64,000 nt of DNA from Diplonema japonicum (Eukaryota > Protista > Euglenozoa: Diplonemea), in assembly GCA_964019335.1 (NCBI GenBank), contig OZ025720.1, positions 248,001-312,000 of the forward strand. Direction: 5' to 3'. Position numbers and translations under genes: made by a program. Of the stretch, positions 11,136-21,270 are shown one piece after another. The notes below the pieces were generated by a model. It searched no databases and was not told where the DNA came from. It worked only from the letters and a program-made list of their open reading frames with translations. The first letter of the stretch is position 1, and every line of letters starts with the position of its first letter.

Positions 11136-11990
11136 ATATATTTATATCTCTAAAGCAACCGTATGAAAAAGAAATGCGTAGCTGGTGTCAAACTTTTTCC
11201 TTTCTTAAAAAAAAAATCTTTTTTTCCTGACCCTGTTATTTCACAGGGCGGGGCAGTAGTGACTTATAGTCAGAAATATGACCTCCGAGGCGACATATGT
11301 AAGACCTTTGCAGCCCCTTCGGCTAACCCCTATTTTATATATTAAAAGAAGGAATATAACGAGGAATGGACGGATAGTTCCAGAAGGAGGAGCACAGGTG
11401 ACTTTTTTTTTCTTTTTTTTTTTCTTTTTTTTTTCTTTTTTCTGTGATGGGGAGAAGCGCGCCGTCGCTGCCGCTCACCCAAAGATATAGGATTAAATTC
11501 AAAGTACAGGACAAGCCCTGCAAGAGGGCCGCTCCTATTAAAAAAAAAAAATCACTATGATAGGAAACGAAGTGGTTAGCAACGGCCTACCAACCAACCA
11601 GAAAAAAAAAAAAAAAAAAAGAGGAGGGGATAATTCACTTTATCACATTATCTGGTATTTAATTATGTCAAAATTGGGGAAAGTGAGAAGACAAGCATTT
11701 CGGCACTTTTCTTGGTTGGCTTAAGTGAATTATCCCCCCCCCAAAAAAAAGAGGATGGGAGGGGGAAAAAATAGTCACTTTTCCGCTCCCCTCTTCTCTT
11801 GAACCAGTAGTGGAGTGTGATGTAGACAAGTCACGTCGTTCTTGCTTAGAAGAAAAAAAAAAATTCTACCTATAAGGGCCACCAGAAAAAAAAAAGAAAA
11901 AAGAAAAAAAGGAGTCGGTTTGATTTGTTGTATTGTGCACATTCGGGAATAGCCATATAGAAAAGGATAAAGCCCAGTACAGCTACTCCC

Positions 11991-12025
<35 letters not shown>

Positions 12026-12309
12026 CAAAGCAATAACAATTCATTATCGAAGAAAAGAGATAAAAAGAAAGAAAAAAAAAATCCACAAGAAGAAAAAGAC
12101 AAATCTATGCCACCCGCGTGGGTCCAGACATGTGGCAACTTAAGTAGTGATGATCTCCGCTCTTTCCATGTTGGCGTGGGAAAAAAAAAAAAAAAGAGTC
12201 GGCTTATTGTTTGTGCAAGCCGTTTTCACCTACAGTAGGGATAAACGGACAAAGCTGCCTCTACTCTTTTTTGCAATAACAATTCTTTTCAAAATTTGTT
12301 TACTTGTTC

Positions 12310-12346
<37 letters not shown>

Positions 12347-12810
12347 TGCGAACACACGGCCTACTGTGGTGATGTGCTTCTCCCCGTTGGGGGGTATTTT
12401 TGTCGACCATATTCACACAAAAAAATGCAACATGAAAGCTTAACGTGAATCCAAAACTTGCAGAGGGCCTAAATGACTGATATAAAACTTACTGTACCTA
12501 CAGCCAAAAAAGAAAGAAGACAAAAAAACCACAAAAAAAAAAACCAAAAAAAAAAAAAACTCACTGGGTGGAGGAGGTGGTGGTAATAGATAGAAAAGTT
12601 TCTTTCTTTTTTTTTTTTTCCTTTCTTTTTTTTTCTTGGTAGAAATAGGCCTTCTTAGACAAACAAAATCGTGAAAGAAAAACAATAGAAGAAAGCGTAT
12701 CATGAAGGCGCACACCCCCTTCGCCTTCTGCAACTATATTCTCAAAAGCTTGCAGGTGGGAGAGTCGTGAGCATGAGAGGGAGAAGAAAACCATGGCCAG
12801 AGAAACGCAA

Positions 12811-12862
<52 letters not shown>

Positions 12863-13608
12863 AGAAGAAGAAAGAAAAGCCTCCTGCAACATCAGGGGCC
12901 ATCTTTCAGAGTGAGGGAGAAGGAAAAAAAAAAAGAAAAAAAAAAGAAAGAAATATATGATGTGCTGGAAAATGTAGCATTGTAAAGGTCAGGGAGGAGG
13001 GGCGGGGGGGAGAGAAAGAAAAAAAGAAGAAAAAAGAAAAAGAAAATGGCAAAATAAGAGAAAAATCTGGTAATTCGATCTTTTAACGTCAAGTTACGGG
13101 GTGGGGGTTAGTAGTCAAACACTACACAAAGAGTTGAGCTTCTAACCCGCAGTATGGTGGGAGATGTTGCCCCCTTTTTTGAGAAGTCTGTCTGTGCCTA
13201 GGTGACAGTTGCCTTGCGCACAGACGTCCCTGAAATGGCTCGCTTAAGGGGAGGTGTCGTTACGCACCTAGACCCGGCCAAAGGTCTGCCCCAAGAGAAA
13301 AAAAGATAAGAAGAAAAAAAAAAAAAAGGAAAATTTACTTCAGTTCCAAGTTATGCACTTCTCATTTTTAGATAAATCGCGAAACTAAAAAAAAAAAAAA
13401 AAAAAATGGGTGCTTATATCTGGAAACCAAAAGAAAAAAACAAAAGAAAAAAAAAATACCCCCTTTTTTTTTTCTTTTTGAACTCCCTTTTTTTTTTTGG
13501 ATCGTCCCGGAAGAAGTAGAGGGGAAAAAAAAAAGAAAACATATCACGGGGGGGGGGGGGGGGGAAGTCTTCGAAACACAGGGGCTTAAAGGAGGCCTTC
13601 TGTTTTTT

Positions 13609-13641
<33 letters not shown>

Positions 13642-13654
13642 TTTAATTCCCCTC

Positions 13655-14410
13655 TCAAGGAGCGTCAACATCGAGTTTCAAACTAACGGGCGTACCTAGG
13701 GAAAACTCATGGGGGAAATTTTGAAGCGTCTGCGGGGTGGAAAAGGTGGAAGATGCGTCCAAAGGCGACAGCATAGGAATGCCAACATTGTGCAGCGGAG
13801 ATTTGGGGCTCCCGGAATCAAGCAAGCAGTCAGAAAAATCATGATCAGCTTCCTCAAACTCACCATTGAGGATAAGGTTCTTGAGGTAAACGGAAGAGAG
13901 AACCTTTTCCAACTTGTAAAGTTGCTCCTCTTGACACTTCTTGTGAATCGACGCCGATCTCTTAGACCGCACTTCCTGGCAAGCTTCCTGTGCAGAAGCT
14001 CCTTTGTTCCACATCAGATATGCGGCAAGCATAGTGCCAGTTCTACCAACCCCTTCAAGGCAGTGGACTAGGACCCCACCTTCAACACTGTCAATGAACT
14101 TGCACCCTTCTACCAATTGTACCAAGCTAGGTGGTGTGAAGTCGGCGGTCGGCAGGTGCAGGTGCTTCATTACAGCGGACTTCCCTCTTGGTTCTATAGT
14201 CTCCTCTGTGAGGCTGATCACTGCCCGGATCTCTTTTTCGTATAGATTGTCTATTTGGATTTCTCGCATTTCTTCTGTCGGGTCGAAGGCACCGCTGCCC
14301 GCGAGGCGTCCCTCAACTACAAAGCCGAAGAAGGTGGGGAACTCCCCATTCATGTACAGGCTCTTGAAGCTCATCTTTAAGTTGATTCTTTTCTTCAGCT
14401 TGCCGGGCAT
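13655..14410 (-). CDS. Dual-specificity protein phosphatase (DUSP23/CDC14-like)
   Basis: Catalytic VHCLEGVGRTG (HCX5R) and general-acid loop DFTPPS. Confidence 0.92.
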   Translation of the reverse strand: MPGKLKKRINLKMSFKSLYMNGEFPTFFGFVVEGRLAGSGAFDPTEEMREIQIDNLYEKEIRAVISLTEETIEPRGKSAVMKHLHLPTADFTPPSLVQLVEGCKFIDSVEGGVLVHCLEGVGRTGTMLAAYLMWNKGASAQEACQEVRSKRSASIHKKCQEEQLYKLEKVLSSVYLKNLILNGEFEEADHDFSDCLLDSGSPKSPLHNVGIPMLSPLDASSTFSTPQTLQNFPHEFSLGTPVSLKLDVDAP

Positions 14411-14924
14411 TTTTTTTTTTTTTTTTTTTTTGCTTTGTTTTGTTGTGTTTGCTTTTTTTTTTTCTTTTTTCTTTTTCTTTTTCTTTTTTTTTTGTCGCCC
14501 AGCACTCAGGGAAATAAAAGAACGAAAGAAAGAAAAAAAAAATAGAGGATAGCAAATAAAAAAAAAAAATAAAAAAAAAAAAAAACTGCGGTTACAGAAA
14601 TGAATGATCTAAAATTGGAATAAAAAAAAATTGGGGGGGGGATGAAGGGGGAAAGGCTCCCATTTTGTTTATCTTTGCGGACTACCCAGCCTGTTCGCTT
14701 TATGAAACAAAAGAAAAAAAGAAAACCACTTGTGTTCGGGTTAGAAAAGTGTAACTAATTTCTTTTTTTCTTTTTTTTTCTTAATTCTCCAGATGAGGCG
14801 ATTCAGACGAACAGGGTAACGCAGCACAAGGAGGGAGGTGAAACGGGGTTTCAAGTGTAATGGTACATTTTTTTTTTCTTCTTTTTTTTATATTCTTTTT
14901 TGCTCTGCTAACGGGCTGCCCACG

Positions 14925-15116
14925 CTATGTACACAAACGTTTACGAACCGCGGGCCACTGCCCCTCAAGATCCAACACTTCTTCGCAACACCGCTTCCTC
15001 TTGCTCGCAAAAACCGGCAAAGAAGGTATGATCAGAGTGGAACACTCAAACCCAGTATCGCGCCGGGGCAGAAGCAACGGCGAAACAGGGCGAGGTGGGC
15101 TGGGAGAAGCTTGCAT
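14925..15116 (-). CDS. Candidate 63-aa microprotein
   Basis: ATG follows an A-run like other genes here, on the cluster strand, in homopolymer-free sequence; basic KRKR and RKR patches. Confidence 0.5.
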   Translation of the reverse strand: MQASPSPPRPVSPLLLPRRDTGFECSTLIIPSLPVFASKRKRCCEEVLDLEGQWPAVRKRLCT

Positions 15117-15300
15117 TTTTTTTCTCCCTCCCTTTCCTTTTTTTTTTTTTTTTTCCTCAAAATAAATGAACCTATGTCATGTCGAAGGGAAAAAAAAAAA
15201 AAAAAAAAAAAAAAAAGGAAAAAAAAAACTGTTCATTCAAGAATAAAAAAAACCCCACTGGAAAGGGGATTTTTTTTTTTTTTGTTTATTGTCGTAAATT

Positions 15301-15873
15301 TCACAAAGCAGCCTGGCATTGAGGAGGGGGCATCGGGGGTGCCGAAGCTTCCGGGTAAATAGGCTGCGCCTGCGGCACAGCTTGCGAACCAGCTGGATAA
15401 GGCGCACCAACCACAATAACTGGCCAAAACGGCTGCCCGTCAGGACCAAGCTGGACACCAGCAGGCACCACTGGACAGCCCGTGCTATTCTGAACAGGGT
15501 AGATAGGCCGTCCATCCGGAAGGAAGGCCGGGTAAAGCATGTACCCTTCCGTGGTTGTAACAGGAGGGTACTGCGACTGCTGTACAGGGGACACCATAAT
15601 AGGCTGCGCCACTATGGGCCGCCGCGATCTGCTGCGCCTGAAGAAATACACAGCAGTTACAATACAAGCAATACAGATGCCTATGCTGATAATAGGCGCC
15701 AGCACCTTCCCAACAGCTGTGACGGTAGAGTTCTCACACCGCCCGTCTGCGTCGCAATCGTCACGCACATTGCAGCATTCGTTACAAACACCGTTCCGCA
15801 TGCAGCACATTTCATCAGATCGACAGGCCGACACACTTGTGAAAATGACGCAACATATGACGAATCTCCGCAT
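15301..15873 (-). CDS. Type I membrane protein: signal peptide, Cys-rich ectodomain, Pro/Tyr-rich tail (Shisa/WBP1-like architecture)
   Basis: 190-aa ORF with poly(A)-ATG, eight ectodomain Cys, one TM followed by RRSRSRR, and a P/Q/Y-rich tail. Confidence 0.8.
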   Translation of the reverse strand: MRRFVICCVIFTSVSACRSDEMCCMRNGVCNECCNVRDDCDADGRCENSTVTAVGKVLAPIISIGICIACIVTAVYFFRRSRSRRPIVAQPIMVSPVQQSQYPPVTTTEGYMLYPAFLPDGRPIYPVQNSTGCPVVPAGVQLGPDGQPFWPVIVVGAPYPAGSQAVPQAQPIYPEASAPPMPPPQCQAAL

Positions 15874-15990
15874 TTTTTTTCTCCCTAGGGGTAGTTATTG
15901 CTTTTTTTGTTTTTTTGTTTTTTTTTTAGAAAAAAAATTGGCTCTAACTCTATTTTTTTTTCTTTTTCTTTTTTTTTTTTTTTTTTAATT

Positions 15991-16905
15991 TCAATATTGC
16001 TGTGTGTACAGCAGTGTGTTCGCATGCACTCTCCTTGGGGAGATGCTCGCACCACCCGCCCATCGTGATGCCCTGTTTTGGTTCTGCTCCGTTTGAACGA
16101 GAGCCTGCTGGTACAAAGAATGCTGTTGAGGTTGTGGTGGTGAGGAACCACCGCTTCCACCGCCACCACCACCGTCCACTCCCCCACCAGCCCCACCGAG
16201 AGGAAGCTGGAAGTGAGCCTGAACCCGTTCCAAAGGTGTGACAGGGATCGGCTGTGACGGGTGCATTCTGTACACTGGTTGTTCAATACGTTCGTTGTAC
16301 ACAGGTAAGGTCAGTACTGGTGGCCGGGGAGGGGGCAGGTTTACTCGTTGCTCCGCTATGGAGTGCATACTCCTCTCTGCGTGGTAGTCCGTCATTATCA
16401 TGAAACGGTCGTTCCATTCCATCTTAACCTCATCGAAGCCCGCCTTCACCAACCGGAAGGCACCCTCCTGCAGCTCTGACAGCATGCTGCGCTCGTTTGT
16501 TTCGTTGCTGCATAATTTCGACAATGCGATCTGTTTGGGATAGCTCAGCCTTGCTTCCTCCTGGTCGATGGCTTCTTTTAGCTTTGGTCGGTACTCTGTG
16601 TTCCTGCACAATTCCAAGGCGGAGTTTAAAGAGCTTCTCAAGGAATGCGCGCGTCGTGCTTCTAGCAGAGCTGCTCTGCTGTGCACCGAAGATGATCGAG
16701 AAACCGCTGTTTCAATAACTAGTTTTTCAAGATATTCGTTTTCTTCCAGCAAACTTTTCCGTCCTTCTATAAGCGATGTGTGGGTGAGGCATGGGGTAGG
16801 AAGTTTCACTTCTGACACTCCTGTGCTGCTGCCGCTTCGTTGAAGTTGCAAGGGCAGGCTTTCCGCGCTGATAGGCGGGGTCGGGTGGGACGAAGGGATA
16901 GACAT
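15991..16905 (-). CDS. Hypothetical protein, coiled-coil core and low-complexity tail
   Basis: 304-aa ORF on the cluster strand in homopolymer-free sequence. Confidence 0.7.
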   Translation of the reverse strand: MSIPSSHPTPPISAESLPLQLQRSGSSTGVSEVKLPTPCLTHTSLIEGRKSLLEENEYLEKLVIETAVSRSSSVHSRAALLEARRAHSLRSSLNSALELCRNTEYRPKLKEAIDQEEARLSYPKQIALSKLCSNETNERSMLSELQEGAFRLVKAGFDEVKMEWNDRFMIMTDYHAERSMHSIAEQRVNLPPPRPPVLTLPVYNERIEQPVYRMHPSQPIPVTPLERVQAHFQLPLGGAGGGVDGGGGGGSGGSSPPQPQQHSLYQQALVQTEQNQNRASRWAGGASISPRRVHANTLLYTQQY

Positions 16906-16992
16906 ATTTTGACAACGGTCACCTCTCCTCCTGAATGGTGATGAGAGTGTTCTTTTTAGGGGAAAAAAAAAGGGGGGGGGTGGGAAATATAT

Positions 16993-17376
16993 TTACGTTT
17001 TCATCATTTCCAAAACCCATCGTTCCACGTGGGTGGGCTTTGTGGTTTCCTTGTTTGCAGCCTCCCATTCCATTATGCCCATCATGAGCTTTTTTGTTTC
17101 GATGCCGGCTCGTGATGTTGGCTGCTGGTGTGTCATGTTCTGTATGTCGTTCCAGATGAACATGTCTGCCAAGCGCATCACCTCGGTGCATTCTCTTGAG
17201 GGCTTTTTCTTTTTGCACGGTGCGGGGCCGTCTTTTCGTGGTGAGCTTTTCTTCGCTTCTCTCGCGTGCACCGCGGCGCGTCTTTCCTGCACAGACAAGA
17301 ACTGCACAAGCCCCATCATGGCCACCAACAGCAAAACGACAACAGAAACGGCCTTGCCACCGCTTGCGCTGCTCAT
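16993..17376 (-). CDS. Hypothetical small protein with N-terminal signal anchor
   Basis: MSSASGGKAVSVVVLLLVAMMGLVQF hydrophobic stretch; 127 aa; the 3' end may be spliced. Confidence 0.55.
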   Translation of the reverse strand: MSSASGGKAVSVVVLLLVAMMGLVQFLSVQERRAAVHAREAKKSSPRKDGPAPCKKKKPSRECTEVMRLADMFIWNDIQNMTHQQPTSRAGIETKKLMMGIMEWEAANKETTKPTHVERWVLEMMKT

Positions 17377-17545
17377 TCTTTGCCCTCTGACAAAGGGGTT
17401 GCGTTTACACAATTTCTTTCTCAAAAAAAAACAAAAAAAAAAAGGGAATCTAAACTTTTTTTCTTTTTTTATACATTTTTAATTCTAAAAAAAAAAAGAG
17501 GGGGATGGGATGGGATGGGATGGGATGGGGACCCTCTCTCTCTCT

Positions 17546-17585
<40 letters not shown>

Positions 17586-17592
17586 TTATATT

Positions 17593-19609
17593 TCAAGGCT
17601 GGTACATTTGAGCAGCTCTCAAATTGGGAACAGTATGGGTAGAGAGAGGTTTTCGGGCCGTGTGCACCGAGGCAAGCGCATCAACAGAGATGCGGGAGGC
17701 AGAAAGGGAAGCAGAAGCAACGTCTTGAGGAGTAATGCGAGGCACAGGCGGCGCAGCAGGGAGAGAAGGCTCATCATGCCTGGACAGCATTTTAAGCAGG
17801 TTCACCTCCTCGGTGTTACTAACAGAGGGGGTACTGGTACCGGGGGTGATGTGTTCTAGAATACCGAGACCTTGAAGTTCCCTTCTGCTAACCTTCACCT
17901 TGTCCAGTCTATCAATGCTGTCATCCACGGTCATGAACTTGTCTACTAGTCGCTGGACACAGCTGTTCGTGTTTGATACAGTTTTTTGGTGCAGTTCCAT
18001 CTGGAACCACATCGCCTCTGTTTTTTGGTGGAGGTCTAAAAGCTTGTTTGCTGCCTCTTCCTTTGCGGTTTCTTCCTTCTTTCCTCTTGTCCATGATACC
18101 CAGGTGTTGTAGAAGTAAAGAAGAGCTTCTTGTTGTTTTAAGCGGTTGGAAGCGAGGGCTGCGAGCCTGTTGGCTTTGTAAATCTTGTCTTTCTCCTTGC
18201 TTTCCCTCATTCGTACCACCACGGTTTTCCACTTCGCGTAGTACTCCTTCTTGAGGTTTTGCGGACCGATTCTGAGCATTATCTCCGCCAGTTTTTTCTG
18301 TTCGGTTTTTTTTCTCGCGGTGAGGGCTTTTTTCATCCAGGTCTGGTATGTTTTTGCCTTCAAGCCTTGCTCGTTGATGTTGTTGAGCTGCAGCAGTTTT
18401 TGCTTCAGCATTTTCTTTGTTCTGGAACGGATTCTAAACTGCGACCACTTGTCGTAGTACACCTGCCGTACGCTGCGCGTCACAACCAGAAGGAACTTGT
18501 TTGAGACCTTGCTTTGTTTGGTTCTTTTTTGGAAATTTCTTAAATAAGTGACCCAATGGTCCCAGACAACTTGCTTCTGTCCCTGTTTGGTGTTCATCGA
18601 CATGGCACGAGCCATCTCATGACGCATTCGTCTCTCCCGGCCGTATTTGAGGTTCTTATTAAGCAAGCTGAACCAATACCTCATCCTGCCCGTGGCGATG
18701 AGCTGCATGCAGGACTTGACCACGTTGTTGTTAACCTCCGTTTTTCGGCGCCGTTTCTCCGCCTTTACCTTCGCAAAGGCTGCCCACGCACGGTACCTGT
18801 CGCGTTGCGTTCCCTTGCTCGTGCTGTTGCAGAGGACACGGAGGTGGCGGATTCTTTTTTTTTTTTTTTTTTTTCGTTCTTGTTATTCAGAAAAAAAACC
18901 AAACCTCACAGCCCTCATCCGTTCAACCCTTGCGTGCGTTTGCAGAACCGCATAAGCTGTCCTCATCCGTTGTATGTCAGTTCGGTAGCCCAGACGCTGG
19001 TTTATTTTTAATTTTTTTTGTTTTTTTTTTTTTTTTTGTTTTTGTAAACTCTTAATATACCTCCAATAGGTTGGACTTTTTCTGCTCGTGTTTCCGTTGC
19101 TCCAAATTTTTCATTAGTTTCAGAAAGTAAATTTTTCGGAGGTTGGTGTGGAGGGCACCCATCAACCCACAGGACACCGCGTGGCGGTGGTGCATTCTCA
19201 AGTTGTCCATTTTCGTCGAAAATAGATCGAATGAACGCGATGTCGCCTCCTGCAGCTCGCTGTGGCACTCTGTCTGTCGTTCCAGTACAGACTGGATGGT
19301 GGCCCTATGGGCTTGCAAGGCAGTGATTTGCTGCTCATGGAGTGCATCTGTGTAGGCTAAGGTTTCCTCCTTTAATTTTTCCATTTGTTTGTTTATTTCA
19401 TCCTTTGCCTTCTGCAGTTCCTGGGCTGCCTGCAGAGCACGCTTTTCAGCTGTAGCTTCGATTTCTGAAGCCTTGCTGGTGACGGTATCGATGCCGCTTA
19501 TTAGAATTTCGATCACAGATTTTAAATCAACACCACCTAGAGTCAACCCCAAACCCGTGTCTCCCGCACGCTGCAATGCACCGGAGAGATCGCTGAGCGA
19601 CAGCTCCAT
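17593..19609 (-). CDS. Coiled-coil protein with Sfi1-like aromatic repeats; 3 exons (19609-19061, 18996-18905, 18853-17593)
   Basis: GT-AG introns 18997-19060 and 18854-18904 restore one reading frame; periodic (F/Y/W)xxW motifs in basic helical context. Confidence 0.8.
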
Positions 19610-19762
19610 GTTTGGCGTGTCTCTTGAAGAGGGGGTACAAACAAAAAAAAAAATCGGTGGGGAAAAAAAAAAAAAAAAAAAAACTCTGATGACTTAAAGA
19701 ATGATATCAATGACATGACCGAAAAAAAAAAAAAAAAAAAAAAAAAAAATAAAAAATAACTA

Positions 19763-20296
19763 TCACGACACGGAGATCCCATTGTCCCGGCACCACTGTT
19801 CGACTTTTTCAATGATCGCGTCCTGATCCTCAATGGAGTTGCTGGGCATCTCGTGCACGATCTCCTGCTTGTACGATTCGCGGGCTTCCTCGTTGCATAT
19901 TCCGATAATTTCGCACTCCAGGTTTTCTTCCCTTTTTTTGTCGCTGTAACCTCTGGCCACCAGGCGGTCGAACAGGTGGGTCGTCTCGCACCGCAGGACA
20001 ATGACAAGCTGAAACCACCTTTCGGGGAAAAGCTCAGAGGAGTGGTAGTCCACCACCTTGCCTCCTTCTACCATAATATCTTCAAGATGGTCCAGCAGAG
20101 CATCTTCATCAGGTATCAGCGTGTCAAACTCTTCATCCTTCCCTTCGACGAAGCCATGTTCCTTAACCACATCCCCAACGTTCACGTGGGCCAGACCTGT
20201 ACATTCAGCGATGGCCTTGGCAAGGCTTGTTTTCCCCACCCCTGGTGTCCCAGTTATCAGTAAGTTCGGCACCACTGGTTTTCTACCTTCTGACAT
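19763..20296 (-). CDS. AK6: Adenylate kinase 6 / Fap7 homologue
   Basis: NLLITGTPGVGKT P-loop and VVDYHSSELFPERWF signature. Confidence 0.95.
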   Translation of the reverse strand: MSEGRKPVVPNLLITGTPGVGKTSLAKAIAECTGLAHVNVGDVVKEHGFVEGKDEEFDTLIPDEDALLDHLEDIMVEGGKVVDYHSSELFPERWFQLVIVLRCETTHLFDRLVARGYSDKKREENLECEIIGICNEEARESYKQEIVHEMPSNSIEDQDAIIEKVEQWCRDNGISVS

Positions 20297-20672
20297 TTTT
20301 TTTTTTTTTTTTTTGCCCTCTCCTCTCCTTTTTTTTTAAAGTAAAAAACTTCTTTCCTAACTACGATATAAAAAAAAAAAAAAAAAAAATCGCATCGACA
20401 CATAGGACGGATGTGTGTGTGTGTGTGTGTGTGGGGGGGGGGGGATAAATAAGAACACGAAGAAGAAAGGGGAAAAGGGGGGTAAAGAGGAAGCGAATAG
20501 GTAAGGCTTCCTTCTTTCTCCCCCCCCTTCTTTTTTTTCCTCCCTTTTTTTTCTCCTCTTTTCTATCCATCACACTACTTTATCATGAAAAATATACCTG
20601 TTTGACTTTGGAGAAACTCTTGTGTGATGAACTAAAAAAAAAAAAGAAAAAAAAAAAAAAAAAAGAGAAAAA

Positions 20673-20905
20673 TATGCAATGGCACAATGCAAACTCCGCG
20701 TGAGAGCCGCAGGCCCCTAGAAGAAGGGGATAGGGGTATGGTCAGTACTAGGTAGCTCTCAGTTTCGGGACGTATCTCGCAACTCCTCCAGGTGCTGACC
20801 TCTTCAGGTGAGAGGCATCGTTCAACGGCTCCCACTAGCGTCCCAGTAGGTAAGGAGAGTACTCTACTACGGTCTCCGCTTTCGCACTGTGGGCAAGGCT
20901 ATGGA
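20673..20905 (-). ncRNA. Candidate structured non-coding RNA of unknown class
   Basis: Nested long-range helices whose non-Watson-Crick pairs are G-U only on the minus strand, plus a 6-8 bp pseudoknot; see findings. Confidence 0.55.
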
Positions 20906-21270
20906 AGAAAAAAAAAAAAAAAAAGAGACAAGAAAAAAAGAGGGGGGTTGAATAAAGAAGGGGTGTGTGTATGTCTTCTTGGTTGTACGGTGCACCACGG
21001 AAAGAAAAAAAAATTACAGAACTAAAAAAAAAAACACCACCCCCCCTTTCCCTTCTCTTTTGAGGGGACAAAAAGAAATGCTGAGCCTAAGGAAAGAACT
21101 ATAAAAAAAATAATATAATGGAAAAAAAAATCTTTTTTTTTTCAAAAAAAAAAGGAGGAGGGGGGAGTCTCTCCACCGATCCCCCCCCTTTTTTTTGTTT
21201 GTTTTCTAAGCGAAGTAGGGGGCAAATGAGAAAAAAAAAGAGGGAAGGGGGGGAGGGGGAAAAAAAAAAC

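Noticed and set aside
20673-20905. SRP (7SL) RNA
   Set aside because: The rod shape is similar, but the helix-8 CAGG-GNRA-AGCA signature and an Alu domain are absent.
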